DNA of 64,000 nt, taken from contig JAESPV010000035.1 of NCBI GenBank assembly GCA_016765495.1, positions 51,729-115,728 on the forward strand, in the 5' to 3' direction. Shown one piece after another: positions 28,823-40,055 of the stretch (positions within the stretch are counted from its first letter, which is position 1; each line of letters starts with the position of its first letter). The translations under genes were made by a program, and so were the position numbers. The notes below the pieces were generated by a model, which made no database searches, was not told the origin of the DNA, and worked only from the letters and a program-made list of their open reading frames with translations. This stretch comes from Desulfocapsa sp. (GTDB lineage Bacteria > Desulfobacterota > Desulfobulbia > Desulfobulbales > Desulfocapsaceae).

Positions 28823-29920
28823 ATGAACGACCAGAACCTTATACCGACAGAACCTGGTAATGCCCCAAATTCCCTGCGAATCTGGTACTTTCTGTTAATC
28901 TTTCTTATCTCCATCCTTTTTCTTGGGTATATCCTCTGGCCATTCTGGTCTATCCTGGTTCTTTCCTTTCTGCTTACCAATATTTTCCGTCCGATTTACA
29001 AAATCCTCAATAAAAAACTATCTGAAACAGGGGCATCAATCCTCACCTGCCTCCTTATAGTGGTCATTGTTTTTATCCCACTTCTCTTTTTTGTGGGAGC
29101 CCTTTCAAGTGAAGCATTGGGGCTTTATCAGTGGGGCCGAAGCACCCAGATAGGCATGAAACTCCAGATTTTCATGCAGGACAGCCCGCTAATTCTGCAA
29201 TTCCAGAACTATCTGGACGGGTTTGGCTTTCGGTTTGAACCATCTCAGATCACCGCCATGTTTTCCTATATTGCCAAAATGGCAGGGCTCTTTGTGTACA
29301 ATCAGGCCAGTGCCTGGGCCGGAAATATCCTACAGTTTCTGATCCTGTTTTGTATGATGATCCTGGTTATCTTTTTTCTACTTATCGACCAGGACAGATT
29401 AGTCAAATTTATCATCGCCGTCTCCCCATTACCGGATGACGAAGATAGGTTACTTCTCGAAAGGTTTGGAGAAATTGCCAATGCAATCCTAAAGGGCAAC
29501 GGCATATGCGGTTTGATACAGGGTATACTGGGCGGGATGATATTTTCCATTTTAGGCTTAAGTTCTCCACTCCTCTGGGGTGGAATGATGGCAATTCTAG
29601 CCTTTTTACCCATTTTCGGCATTGGCCTTGTTATGATCCCGGCCGCCCTGATCCTGATGTTAAATGGCGGCCTGGGAAAAGGTATTTTTCTGTTTTTATT
29701 CTATCTCACCCTCTCCTTTTCCATCGAATATCTTGTAAAACCAAAGATGGTTGGCGATGAAGTACAGATGCATACCCTGCTGGTGTTCCTGTCAATCCTT
29801 GGAGGGTTAAGTGTTTATGGGGTTTTAGGTATTATTTATGGCCCGCTCATTGTCACCGGTTTTCTCACGCTGACAGAAATTTATTTTGCTAAATATGACA
29901 CCCATGTCCAACGAATGTGA
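28823..29920 (+). CDS. AI-2E family transporter
   Basis: Multi-TM protein with LVKPKMVG and SILGGLSVYGVLGIIYGPL signature. Confidence 0.9.
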   Translation: MNDQNLIPTEPGNAPNSLRIWYFLLIFLISILFLGYILWPFWSILVLSFLLTNIFRPIYKILNKKLSETGASILTCLLIVVIVFIPLLFFVGALSSEALGLYQWGRSTQIGMKLQIFMQDSPLILQFQNYLDGFGFRFEPSQITAMFSYIAKMAGLFVYNQASAWAGNILQFLILFCMMILVIFFLLIDQDRLVKFIIAVSPLPDDEDRLLLERFGEIANAILKGNGICGLIQGILGGMIFSILGLSSPLLWGGMMAILAFLPIFGIGLVMIPAALILMLNGGLGKGIFLFLFYLTLSFSIEYLVKPKMVGDEVQMHTLLVFLSILGGLSVYGVLGIIYGPLIVTGFLTLTEIYFAKYDTHVQRM

Positions 29921-29929
29921 GCCTCAAAA

Positions 29930-31228
29930 ATGAAGGATATACAATCAGAGATCGTTATGACAACTGATGGACTCAAAGATATGCTGGGCCGTGTCAGTCT
30001 CACGCCCGTCGAAAAAGCAAGAGCCATCCTCCTTGATGCCTTAAGGGACTCTACCGGAAAAACAGAGCGTTGCTCTCTCTCCGATGCGCTGGATCGGATA
30101 CTTGCCTGCGACCTTCTCTCTCCTGAAGACCTTCCCAATCATCCACGATCCACCATGGATGGTTTTGCAGTACGAGCAGCAGATACCTTTGGGGCAAGCA
30201 GTTCCACACCCTGCTACCTGGAAATAGATGGTGATGTCGCCATGGGGCAGATGCCGGAAGGCACTGTTCGACAGGGACAATGTTTTCGCATAGCGACTGG
30301 CGGTCTTCTCCCGGATGGCAGCGATGCGGTTCTTATGTTTGAACACACCATTCCTGTAGACGAAAAAATGATCGAAGTGGTAAAAAGTGTTGGAGTGGGC
30401 ATTAATCTTATTAATTGGGGTGAGGATATTGCCAAAGGGAGCCTGGCACTAGCCCAGGGTCACCTGCTTCGCCCGCAGGATATGGGACTACTTGCAGGAC
30501 TCGGAATTTCTGAAGTTGACGTTTACGTAAAACCTAAGGTTGGAATTCTTTCCACGGGAGATGAGATAGTGCCATGGACCGAGTCTCCTCCGCCCGGAAA
30601 AATACGGGATATTAATTCCATTACCCTGAGCGGGCTTTGCACACGTCTTGGTGCAACTGTCACTGATTATGGGATAGTCACGGATAGCGAGGAAATCTTC
30701 TTTGCAACAGTTGAACGGGCATGTAATGAGAATGATGTTGTTCTCTTTTCCGGTGGCAGCTCTGTTGGCATGCGCGATCTTGGAGAACGGGTTATTGAAA
30801 AACTTGGGTCACCGGGAATTCTGGTGCATGGTGTTGCGTTAAAACCTGGAAAACCCATCATTATTGGGCTGAGCAACGGTACAGCAATTTTTGGATTGCC
30901 CGGGCATCCAGTGTCGGCCATGGTTTGTTTTGAGCTTTTTGTTGATCCTGCTTTACAGCTTATTGCCGGTATGTCGCCCTCTGAAAACTCCCTGCAGGCA
31001 ACAGTTCATGCACTACTTGACAGAAACATCAATTCTGCTGCAGGCAGACTTGATCTTGTTCGGGTGCAACTACAACAACGAAAAAATGATATTCCCCTTG
31101 CTGTTCCGGTCCTGGGGAAATCCGGTTCCATCTCCACCCTCTCCCGCGCCCACGGATATTTCTTCATTGATGAAGCGTCACAGGGGATTAACAAAGACTC
31201 TCAAGTAATGGTGCACCTCCTATCATGA
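29930..31228 (+). CDS. moeA: Molybdopterin molybdo/tungstotransferase MoeA
   Basis: STMDGFAV, STGDEI, SGGSSVG, KPGKP and GLPGHPVS motifs. Confidence 0.93.
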   Translation: MKDIQSEIVMTTDGLKDMLGRVSLTPVEKARAILLDALRDSTGKTERCSLSDALDRILACDLLSPEDLPNHPRSTMDGFAVRAADTFGASSSTPCYLEIDGDVAMGQMPEGTVRQGQCFRIATGGLLPDGSDAVLMFEHTIPVDEKMIEVVKSVGVGINLINWGEDIAKGSLALAQGHLLRPQDMGLLAGLGISEVDVYVKPKVGILSTGDEIVPWTESPPPGKIRDINSITLSGLCTRLGATVTDYGIVTDSEEIFFATVERACNENDVVLFSGGSSVGMRDLGERVIEKLGSPGILVHGVALKPGKPIIIGLSNGTAIFGLPGHPVSAMVCFELFVDPALQLIAGMSPSENSLQATVHALLDRNINSAAGRLDLVRVQLQQRKNDIPLAVPVLGKSGSISTLSRAHGYFFIDEASQGINKDSQVMVHLLS

Positions 31229-33156
31229 GCCACAAAAACAAAGATATTTACGTAAAAAACATGCCTCTTGCTGAGGCAAAAGCAAAGTACCATTCTGCAT
31301 TGGCAAAGATCAACTTCTTCGGCAGTGCCACAACCACCGAGATACCTGTGGAAGAAGCGCTTGGGCAAATCACCGGAGCCCCAGTTTTTGCTGCCCATTC
31401 GTCTCCAGCCTATAACGCCGCGGCCATGGATGGGATTGCTGTCCATTTTGCAGATCTTGCATCCGCAAGTGATGCCGCACCGGTTCGTTTAACTGAAAAA
31501 CAATTTGTCCCGGTGAACACCGGCAACAACCTGCCTTTGGAATTTGACGCCGTTGTTATGATTGAGGATGTTCACTATGTAAATGAACATGAGGTGGAAC
31601 TTGCGATCCCCGCCACGCCCTGGCAGCATGTCCGTACCATTGGTGAAGATATTGTAGCCACCGAGCTTATCCTCCCCGTCGGACACAGAATCCGCCCCAT
31701 TGACCAGGGAGCTATGCTGGCCACCGGAGTGACCAGGGTTGTCATTAAAGAACCCCCGCAAATCACGATTATTCCCACTGGCTCAGAACTTATCCAGCCA
31801 GGCAACACTCCTGCCCCTGGTCAAATTATCGAATTTAACTCGAGAATCCTCGCAGGACACCTTAACGAGTGGGGAGCTGCTGCCAAAGGAGCACCTCCTG
31901 TTGCCGATGATAAGGAAAAGCTTCGTGCCACCATCAGTGCAGCTGTAAAAACAAATGATATCGTCATCATCAATGCCGGCGCCTCTGCAGGAACACGAGA
32001 CTATACCTCCACTGTACTTGCAGAGCTTGGCGAAGTCATTGTGCATGGCGTTGCCATCAAACCCGGGAAACCTGTTATTTTGGCAATTGTTGAGAATACT
32101 CCGGTGATCGGCTTACCCGGATATCCCGTTTCAGCAATCCTCACCATGCGCCTTTTTGTTCATGAAATGCTCTACTCATTCATGGATATGCCAAAACCGG
32201 TGGCCGCAAAAACACAGGCTCGCATGTCACGGCCCATGCATTCCTCCATGGGACAGGATGAATATGTACGGATTACTTTAGGACAGGTTGGCGAAGAACT
32301 TATGGCAACACCAGCCGGTAAAGGTGCCGGTGCTGTAATGTCACTTGTCCGCGCCGATGGTATACTCACCCTTGCTGCAGGATCAGAAGGAGTAGGCGCG
32401 GGCGAAGAAGTGGAGATCGAACTCCTGCGCCCTCTCACCGAGGTGCAATCAACGCTGGTTGCCATTGGCAGCCATGACAATATCATCGATGTACTTGCCA
32501 ATCTACTCCATAAGGGGAACAGGGCAATTCGTGTTTCTTCTGCCCACGTTGGCTCCATGGGGGGAATTATGGCCATCAAGCGTGGAGAGGCACATTTGGC
32601 CGGAAGCCACCTGCTCGACGAAAAAACCGGAGAGTACAACATTTCTTTTATCAAACGTTTTCTTGCAGATATTCCCTTGCAGCTCATCAACCTCTGCTAT
32701 CGCCAGCAGGGCCTTATCGTTGCCAAAGGGAACCCACACAACATTTCGGGATTTCAAGATGTTGCAGATAAAAAACTCAATTTTATCAATCGCCAGAATG
32801 GTGCAGGAACCCGACTACTCACCGACAAAACGCTTACAGATCAAAATATAAACCCAGCCAACATCCGCGGTTATGACCATGAAGAATATTCCCATATGAG
32901 TGTGGCAGCAGCCATTGCCAATGGCAGTGTGGATTGTGGTATGGGAATTCTGGCCGCTGCAAATGCCCTTACTCTTGATTTTGTGCCGGTTACTGAAGAA
33001 CGCTATGATTTGATTATTCCAGAGAAGTTTCTTGATGACTCAAAAATTAAAACCTTACTGGATATTATCAGCAATAGTCCTGAATTTAAAAAGATTGTCA
33101 ATAATCTTGGCGGATATAACCTGCGCGATTCCGGAAAAATCATGTACCGGCAGTAG
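31225..33156 (+). CDS. MoeA fused to a C-terminal periplasmic-binding-like (PBP) domain
   Basis: AAMDGIAV, KPGKP and GLPGYPVS, then GSHD, GSMGG, NRQNGAGTR and EERYDL. Confidence 0.92.
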   Translation: MSHKNKDIYVKNMPLAEAKAKYHSALAKINFFGSATTTEIPVEEALGQITGAPVFAAHSSPAYNAAAMDGIAVHFADLASASDAAPVRLTEKQFVPVNTGNNLPLEFDAVVMIEDVHYVNEHEVELAIPATPWQHVRTIGEDIVATELILPVGHRIRPIDQGAMLATGVTRVVIKEPPQITIIPTGSELIQPGNTPAPGQIIEFNSRILAGHLNEWGAAAKGAPPVADDKEKLRATISAAVKTNDIVIINAGASAGTRDYTSTVLAELGEVIVHGVAIKPGKPVILAIVENTPVIGLPGYPVSAILTMRLFVHEMLYSFMDMPKPVAAKTQARMSRPMHSSMGQDEYVRITLGQVGEELMATPAGKGAGAVMSLVRADGILTLAAGSEGVGAGEEVEIELLRPLTEVQSTLVAIGSHDNIIDVLANLLHKGNRAIRVSSAHVGSMGGIMAIKRGEAHLAGSHLLDEKTGEYNISFIKRFLADIPLQLINLCYRQQGLIVAKGNPHNISGFQDVADKKLNFINRQNGAGTRLLTDKTLTDQNINPANIRGYDHEEYSHMSVAAAIANGSVDCGMGILAAANALTLDFVPVTEERYDLIIPEKFLDDSKIKTLLDIISNSPEFKKIVNNLGGYNLRDSGKIMYRQ

Positions 33157-33252
33157 CCGTTTTAATACGAATAGTTCTTGCTCTTTTTACAGAAAAATCT
33201 ATATGTTATTTGGATTATAGTTTCCCTTATCAACCCATCCTGAGGAGATACC

Positions 33253-34980
33253 ATGGCAGACAAAATTTATCGTGTGAACATGACAGATCTTTCTACTTCC
33301 ATTGAAGACGTTCCTGCTGACTGGGCAGGCCATGGAGGACGTGGACTTACTTCTAATATTGTAGCTGCTGAAGTACCTCCCAGCTGCCATCCTCTTGGAT
33401 CAAAAAATAAATTGATTTTTGCACCGGGCCTTTTGTCCGGCACTGCTGCTTCAAACTCAGGCCGCATCTCAGCAGGAGCCAAAAGCCCGCTTACAGGTAC
33501 CATCAAAGAATCTAACTCAGGCGGCTCATCTGCCCAGAAACTTGCTAAAATTGGCTGTAAAGCGCTCATCATTGAAGGCCAGCCCCAGGACGACTGTTGG
33601 TATTCTCTCACTCTCAAGCCCGGTGAGGTGACAATTTCCAAAGAAGACGATCTTGTCGGTAAAGGAAATTTTGCCGTGGTTGAAAGTGTTGAAAAACGCT
33701 TCTCTGATAAGATCGGCATTATTTCCATCGGCCAGGCCGGTGAGATGCTCATGACCGGGGCGAATATTTCCATCAAAGATCCTGACAGCCATCTCAGATC
33801 TCTTGGCCGGGGTGGCCTTGGAGCGGTTATGGGTTCTAAAAAAATTAAGTTTATTGCACTCGACGCAGGAGATGCCAAGGTTGCAATCGCCGATGTTGAT
33901 GCATTCAGGGCCGCCAACAAAGTATTCTCCAAAGCTCTTGTGAGCCATCCTGTGAGTCAGGCTCTTGCAACCTATGGCACCAACGTGCTGGTTAATATTA
34001 TCAATGAATCAGGTGGGTTTCCCACCAAAAACTTCAGCACAGGACAGTTTGAAGGCCATGAACAGATCTCCGGTGAAACCATGCATGATCGCATTGTTGA
34101 ACGCGGCGGAAAACCAAAGCATGGATGCCACTCTGGCTGTGTGATTCAATGTTCCCAGATTTATAATGACCTGAAAGGAAAGTATAAAACTTCTGGTTTT
34201 GAGTATGAATCCATCTGGGCCATGGGTGCCGGATGTACAATTGACGACCTGGATCAACTTGCTGAAATGGATCACATTATGGATGATATTGGCATTGACA
34301 CCATTGAAACAGCCGTAGCCTTTGGAGTGGCCATGCAGGCCGGGGTTCTGGAATTTGCAGACGCGGATGAAATGATCCGTATTCTCAAAGAAGAAATCGC
34401 ACTGGGCACTGCCCTTGGGCGTATTATCGGAAACGGTGCAGGCAGCGTTGGCAGGACTTACGGGATGACACAGGTACCGGTTGTAAAAAACCAGGCAATC
34501 CCTGCCTACGATCCCCGCGCAATTAAGGGCATCGGCATCACCTATGCAACGTCCACCCAAGGCGCAGATCACACCATGGGTTATACCATCGCAACCGAGA
34601 TTCTTGGAGCTGGTGGTACCGCTGATCCCCTTGCCAAAGAAGGGCAGGTTGAACTTTCCCGGAACCTGCAGATAGCTACTGCAGCCATCGATTCAACGGG
34701 AATGTGCCTCTTTATCGCCTTTGCAGTATTGGATGACAGCACCTGCCTACCGGCACTGATTGACATGATTAATGCCCGTTTCGGAATCAATCTCACTGCT
34801 GATGATGTGACAAATCTTGGCATGAGCATTCTCAAAACTGAACATGCTTTTAATCTGGCTGCCGGCTTTACCAATCTCGATGACAGGCTTCCAGAATTCT
34901 TTGCGACAAATCCTGTTCCACCTCATAACGCAGTGTGGGACTTCACCGGTGACGAAATCGATGCGTTCTGGAACTTCTAG
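33253..34980 (+). CDS. aor: Aldehyde:ferredoxin oxidoreductase (tungsten family)
   Basis: KSPLTGTIKESNSGG, GRGGLGAVMGSKK, CHSGCVIQC, EYES, AYDPR, GADH and DSTGMC motifs. Confidence 0.93.
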   Translation: MADKIYRVNMTDLSTSIEDVPADWAGHGGRGLTSNIVAAEVPPSCHPLGSKNKLIFAPGLLSGTAASNSGRISAGAKSPLTGTIKESNSGGSSAQKLAKIGCKALIIEGQPQDDCWYSLTLKPGEVTISKEDDLVGKGNFAVVESVEKRFSDKIGIISIGQAGEMLMTGANISIKDPDSHLRSLGRGGLGAVMGSKKIKFIALDAGDAKVAIADVDAFRAANKVFSKALVSHPVSQALATYGTNVLVNIINESGGFPTKNFSTGQFEGHEQISGETMHDRIVERGGKPKHGCHSGCVIQCSQIYNDLKGKYKTSGFEYESIWAMGAGCTIDDLDQLAEMDHIMDDIGIDTIETAVAFGVAMQAGVLEFADADEMIRILKEEIALGTALGRIIGNGAGSVGRTYGMTQVPVVKNQAIPAYDPRAIKGIGITYATSTQGADHTMGYTIATEILGAGGTADPLAKEGQVELSRNLQIATAAIDSTGMCLFIAFAVLDDSTCLPALIDMINARFGINLTADDVTNLGMSILKTEHAFNLAAGFTNLDDRLPEFFATNPVPPHNAVWDFTGDEIDAFWNF

Positions 34981-35205
34981 ATGCAGGTTCAGGTCAAACT
35001 CTTTGCCTTCTTTCGTGAAGGACGTTTTATCAGGGAAGACAAAGAGCTTCCCACTGGTACCACTGCAGGACAGGTGGTGGACGATCTGAATATCGACCGG
35101 GAAGAGGTGGGTGTACTTATGATTAACTCACGCCACTGTACATTTGAAACTGTCCTTCAGGAAGGCGACATATATGCTATCTTCCCGGTAATTGGCGGTG
35201 GGTGA
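34981..35205 (+). CDS. MoaD/ThiS sulfur-carrier protein
   Basis: 74 aa, ends FPVIGGG. Confidence 0.92.
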   Translation: MQVQVKLFAFFREGRFIREDKELPTGTTAGQVVDDLNIDREEVGVLMINSRHCTFETVLQEGDIYAIFPVIGGG

Positions 35206-36013
35206 ACAGAATAAAAATAAGCAAAAGATCCTTCAGCGAATCAAACTGTGTTCGCAAAATAACGCTCTCTCCCTCAATGAGGGGTGGAGGATTGCTGCTG
35301 ATTTCAACTGTTCCCTGCTGGATATTGAGACAACTGCACTTGAGCACTCCATTGTCCCTGCACGATTTAACCGAAACAGCCTGAGTTGCCATGAGCAACT
35401 CAGGCTGTTTCGGTCACGGGTTGCCATTATCGGCTGTGGCGGGCTTGGAGGAAGAACAGCAGAGCTTCTTGCACGACTTGGTGTCGGCCATCTTCTCCTC
35501 ACAGATCCCGACAACTTCTCGGAATCCAACCTGAATCGACAGATATTCTGTACTCTGCAAACGCTTGGTCTCAACAAGGTTGAAGTGCTCGCTTCTGAAC
35601 TTAAACAAATCAACCCTGTACTTATATGCACCCAAAACATCCATCTCTTTAATACACATTCCATTACCGGAAATGACCTTGTGATTGACGGACTTGATTC
35701 AAAGGAGGCAAGAATCAGGCTCTCACAACTTTGCCAGAAGCAGGATATTCCCATGATTCATGGAGCAGTACAAGAATGGTACGGACAAGCAGGTATTGAC
35801 CAGGCGTCCAACAAACTTATCAGCACACTTTACCCGCAAACAACCGAACCTCCAAAGACACCAAAAGTACTTGCCATGAGTGTCGCTCTCGTTGCTTCCC
35901 TGCAGGCAGCAGAGGCCATAAAAATTCTTTTGGGTCATAACTCAGCATTACAAAACAGCTGGCTGCAGACAGATCTTCGCCACTGTGAATATAACCTTAT
36001 CCCACTACCATGA
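35192..36013 (+). CDS. HesA/MoeB/ThiF-family adenylyltransferase
   Basis: IIGCGGLGG and D.DNFSESNLNRQ motifs. Confidence 0.9.
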   Translation: MAVGEQNKNKQKILQRIKLCSQNNALSLNEGWRIAADFNCSLLDIETTALEHSIVPARFNRNSLSCHEQLRLFRSRVAIIGCGGLGGRTAELLARLGVGHLLLTDPDNFSESNLNRQIFCTLQTLGLNKVEVLASELKQINPVLICTQNIHLFNTHSITGNDLVIDGLDSKEARIRLSQLCQKQDIPMIHGAVQEWYGQAGIDQASNKLISTLYPQTTEPPKTPKVLAMSVALVASLQAAEAIKILLGHNSALQNSWLQTDLRHCEYNLIPLP

Positions 36014-37308
36014 CATACAACACCCTGAATACCTGGCTCAGCCAACTCGGCCTCAGAGAAACATTTGCAGAATCCCTTTCACTCACCCTCATAGTATTGG
36101 GAATTCTCGTTCTGGCAATACTTTCAACCTTGATTGTGCGCCGCACAGTAATTCCCGTTATTGTACAAATGATTCAGAAAAATAATTTTCGCTGGTATGG
36201 CCCACTCATTGACCACAAATTCTTTCATACACTGAGCTGGTTTGTTCCCCTGTCCGTTATCCATATCTGTAAAGATCTTCTTCTGCAGCCGGATTCCACA
36301 TTTTCTCTTCTGCTGTCCCGTGTATTACTGGCAGGTGTGGTAATCATTGCCACCTTAACTATCAGTGCCCTGCTCAGCACCATCAACGACATTTTCCGCA
36401 GAATCTTCAAGAGTCGCAGTGCTGCCATCCGCGGATACACAGATGCCGCACGTATCGTCTCCTATATTTTCTGTGCTATTTTTCTGGTGGCCATTATCAC
36501 AGGTCGCTCTCCCTGGGGGCTGCTTAGCCTGCTTGGTGGACTGACTGCCATTATTCTCCTTATTTTCAAGGATACACTCCTGGGATTTGTGGCTCACATA
36601 CAACTTTCCGCCACTGATATGATACGACTTGGCGACTGGATTGAAATGCCTCAGTATGGAGCAGATGGTGATGTTATCGATATTTCAATCCACTGCGTAC
36701 GGGTACAAAACTGGGACAAGACTATTACATCCATTCCCACCTACGCACTCATCTCAAATTCATTCAAAAACTGGCGGGGTATGAGTGAATCGGGTGGCAG
36801 ACGAATCAAAAGGGCCATCAATATTGATCTTGCCACGATCCGCTTCATGTCCGATGAAGAGATAGAAACGCTATGTAAGATCAATATACTGGAAAAATAT
36901 CTTCGCCCTAAACAAAAAGAAATAGTGGAGTATAACAAACGACATGAAATAGAAGACAGCTCTCCCCTCAATGGCCGAAAGCAGACCAACATTGGAATTT
37001 TTCGTGCTTATACCCAGGAATTTTTACGCAGAAATCCACACCTCCACTCCAATATGACATTTCTGGTTCGACAGCTCACTCCCACTGAAACGGGACTGCC
37101 GATCGAAATTTATGTTTTCAGTAAAGATCAGAACTGGGCAAATTATGAGGCCATACAGGCAGATATTTTTGATCACCTGCTGGCAGCTTTGCCCTACTTT
37201 GGGCTTCGGGTTTTTCAGAACCCGAGTAGTTTTGATTTCCGCAGCGCTTTTAGCCGGGATACTCAAAGGCCAGAATTACCAACCACCAAACTTACGAACA
37301 CCCCCTAA
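36010..37308 (+). CDS. MscS-family mechanosensitive channel (YbdG-like)
   Basis: GDWIEMPQYGADGDV, VQNWDKTI, FKNWRGMSESGGRRIKR and YEAIQADIFDHL motifs. Confidence 0.93.
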   Translation: MTYNTLNTWLSQLGLRETFAESLSLTLIVLGILVLAILSTLIVRRTVIPVIVQMIQKNNFRWYGPLIDHKFFHTLSWFVPLSVIHICKDLLLQPDSTFSLLLSRVLLAGVVIIATLTISALLSTINDIFRRIFKSRSAAIRGYTDAARIVSYIFCAIFLVAIITGRSPWGLLSLLGGLTAIILLIFKDTLLGFVAHIQLSATDMIRLGDWIEMPQYGADGDVIDISIHCVRVQNWDKTITSIPTYALISNSFKNWRGMSESGGRRIKRAINIDLATIRFMSDEEIETLCKINILEKYLRPKQKEIVEYNKRHEIEDSSPLNGRKQTNIGIFRAYTQEFLRRNPHLHSNMTFLVRQLTPTETGLPIEIYVFSKDQNWANYEAIQADIFDHLLAALPYFGLRVFQNPSSFDFRSAFSRDTQRPELPTTKLTNTP

Positions 37309-37739
37309 ACAAGATCTTCAATTTATTTCGGGCACGTTCCCTGTTATCACCAATTTGATATCCTTGGTGATTTTTAGAAGCACTATTAAACCAATAAATC
37401 AACAACGTCCCCGTTCCTCCTGAAAACGGTGCCCCTTATTTCCGCTTATTTCCGATAGCCCGTCTCCATAAGACTCTTTCGTTCTCTACCCTTTACTGGT
37501 TTTTATCGACACTTTTGGTCCGCCCTCTATTTTTCTCGAATTGTTAAGATGTTGTGCTCTACACGCATTGCTGGAAGAAATACAACACAAAAGTTAGCCT
37601 AGTAAAAAAGAGTTTTAAGCTTCTATTCTATTCTTGACATTGCCCCTCGGATCAATACAATCATTATATTAGAATGAAAAAAAAGTACTTATTCGAAAAG
37701 CGAACAAGTACTATGTATATCCCCCCAAACGGAGAAAAG

Positions 37740-39434
37740 ATGAATTATTCCAAGCTATCCCTTATGAAAAAACTTCTTTTAGGGTTTATCGTCTCAGCTG
37801 TCATCACCATGGTCGTGGGTATTGTTGCCCTGCAAACCATTGCCAAGAACAATAGTGCCGTCGGCCAGATGATCAATGGTGAACTCGAATTACTAACCAG
37901 CACTGAAAAGCTCCAGAGCATGGCCTTACAGCACCGTCGGTATGAAAAAGATTTTTTTCTAAATATTGGCAACACAGAAAAACAGAACAAATATCTTGGG
38001 AAATTTGACAACGTTTCTGCAAAAACCACAGAAACACTTCAAGCATTGTCCAATGCTCTGCAGGCAAGGAAACAAGTACCCGATCACATAACGGCTACCA
38101 TGAACAAAACACAAGCAGCATATGAGCAGTATGTACGAAATTTCAAGGGGCTTGCTGCCACTGTTCTACGAGATGAATCCATCACTCCCCAGAAAGGGAA
38201 TATAATGATGAAACCTTTCAAAAGTTCAATCTATGACTTTGAGAAAGGTGTCGCTCTGCTGAATAAAAGTGCCATGCAGTGGATCAACGATATCAACGCA
38301 ACCATAATCAATAGAGGAAGCCGTTCCCATTCTTTAATCCTTATCATACTCCCCATTGCTCTCTGTCTCAGTATTGGTATTGGAATAGTAATTGCGAAGA
38401 TCCTGTCAAAGCCAATCGTTGAGGCTTCACATCTGGTCAACAAAATGGCTAACGGAGACTTCAGCAATACTCTCGAAACAACCCTTGAGGACGAAGTCGG
38501 GTCAATGATCAACTCTCTTGAGAATATGCGTATCCGCCTCAAAACGACTCTGACCGAAGTTATCGATGGCATTAAAACCCTGGATTATTCTTCAAGCGAT
38601 CTGGCTTCTGTGGCAAAAACCATATCACATGGTTCGCAGAGTACTTCAGAAAAATCAAACACCCTGGCAGCCGCAGCCGAAGAGATGACCACAAATCTTA
38701 ATGCAGTCGCTGCAGCCATGGAACAAACTTCAACCAACACTGCTGAGGTGGTCAGCGCCACCGAAGAGATGTCCACCACTTTCCATCAGATTTCTGAAGA
38801 TTCCGGCCGTGCCAAATTTATTGTGCAAGAAGCTGTTAAACAGGCAGAAAACGCATCCTCTTCCATGAGCAAACTAGGCCAGGCAGGCCAGGAAATTGGA
38901 AAGGTTACCGAGACAATCACCGAGATCTCTGCACAAACAAACCTGCTTGCGCTAAATGCAACCATTGAAGCGGCACGAGCCGGGGAATCCGGTAAAGGAT
39001 TTGCAGTTGTAGCCAACGAAATAAAGGAGCTTGCCCAACAGACCGCAAAGGCCACTCACGATATTAAATCGAAGATCGAAGAAGTGCAAAGCACGACTAA
39101 AACGTCAGTTGCTCAGATTGATGCTGTCATGCAGGTGATTAACAGTATCGACGAAATTTTCAACACTGTGGCCACCGCTGTACAAGATCAGTCCAACGCT
39201 ACGAAGCAAATCACCGTAAATCTCAATCAGGCCTCATCCGGTATCCAGGAAGTAAATGAGAATGTAGCTCAATCCTCTACAGTTTCTCAAGAAATCACTG
39301 AGGATATAACCAGTGTATCCCTGTCGGCAAAGGAACTTGCGGAGAATTCAGCGACAGTCAACTCAAATGCCAGTCAACTCTCAACGCTTGCTGAAGAACT
39401 GAGATGCCATGTGAAACAATTCAAGTTTTCCTGA
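37740..39434 (+). CDS. Methyl-accepting chemotaxis protein
   Basis: TM, helical sensor (RRYEKDF), TM, HAMP; [31 protein letters not shown]. Confidence 0.95.
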   Translation: MNYSKLSLMKKLLLGFIVSAVITMVVGIVALQTIAKNNSAVGQMINGELELLTSTEKLQSMALQHRRYEKDFFLNIGNTEKQNKYLGKFDNVSAKTTETLQALSNALQARKQVPDHITATMNKTQAAYEQYVRNFKGLAATVLRDESITPQKGNIMMKPFKSSIYDFEKGVALLNKSAMQWINDINATIINRGSRSHSLILIILPIALCLSIGIGIVIAKILSKPIVEASHLVNKMANGDFSNTLETTLEDEVGSMINSLENMRIRLKTTLTEVIDGIKTLDYSSSDLASVAKTISHGSQSTSEKSNTLAAAAEEMTTNLNAVAAAMEQTSTNTAEVVSATEEMSTTFHQISEDSGRAKFIVQEAVKQAENASSSMSKLGQAGQEIGKVTETITEISAQTNLLALNATIEAARAGESGKGFAVVANEIKELAQQTAKATHDIKSKIEEVQSTTKTSVAQIDAVMQVINSIDEIFNTVATAVQDQSNATKQITVNLNQASSGIQEVNENVAQSSTVSQEITEDITSVSLSAKELAENSATVNSNASQLSTLAEELRCHVKQFKFS

Positions 39435-39441
39435 TATCCGC

Positions 39442-39466
39442 AAAAAAAAACGGGGACAGCCCCGAA
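39442..39466 (-). terminator. Terminator between the convergent MCP and cupin genes
   Basis: Minus strand CGGGG-CTGT-CCCCG followed by T9. Confidence 0.6.
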
Positions 39467-39548
39467 TTAAAACAATCGTGGTCTGTCGCATACGAATATA
39501 TATGTCCAGCATATATTACCATTTCAATGCTCTTGTACTTGGTTACAA

Positions 39549-39869
39549 TCAGATTGGAGGTGCAATGGTAACCAGGATTCTCAGGTTTGTTTCTGCCCGA
39601 ACTCCGTGCGGTTCCCGAATCTGTGAAACTAGAATATCCCCTTCTTTTGCAGGTATTTCCGCCCCATCCTCGCCAAGAAAGAATCCACTTCCTTCCAGTA
39701 CCTGAATTGACAAATCGCCATCAAGATCATGTGAGTGTACGGGAAATGTGACACCCGCCTCAAGATTAAAATTGATGATTTTGAAATATTCTGAGTCCTG
39801 TACAAGAAAAAAACGTTTCATCGCACCGCTGGTGTACTCGTTTGTGTCGTCAAGTTTTAAAACTTTCAT
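39549..39869 (-). CDS. Cupin domain protein
   Basis: PVHSH...VLEGSG...GD......EPHGV cupin motifs. Confidence 0.88.
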   Translation of the reverse strand: MKVLKLDDTNEYTSGAMKRFFLVQDSEYFKIINFNLEAGVTFPVHSHDLDGDLSIQVLEGSGFFLGEDGAEIPAKEGDILVSQIREPHGVRAETNLRILVTIAPPI

Positions 39870-40055
39870 TGCTATTCTCCATTGAATGTGTGTAGAAGCA
39901 TTCCTGTATTATTTTATGCCAATGTTCTCGTTTTCTGCCATTTTTTCATTTTCTCATTAAAAGTTGTCACGCCACCCTCCTTCATGGTACGATAATCCAA
40001 TGATATCACCAGGAAATACAAAGTCAACGCAATTTTATGCTACCAAAGTGGTCCA

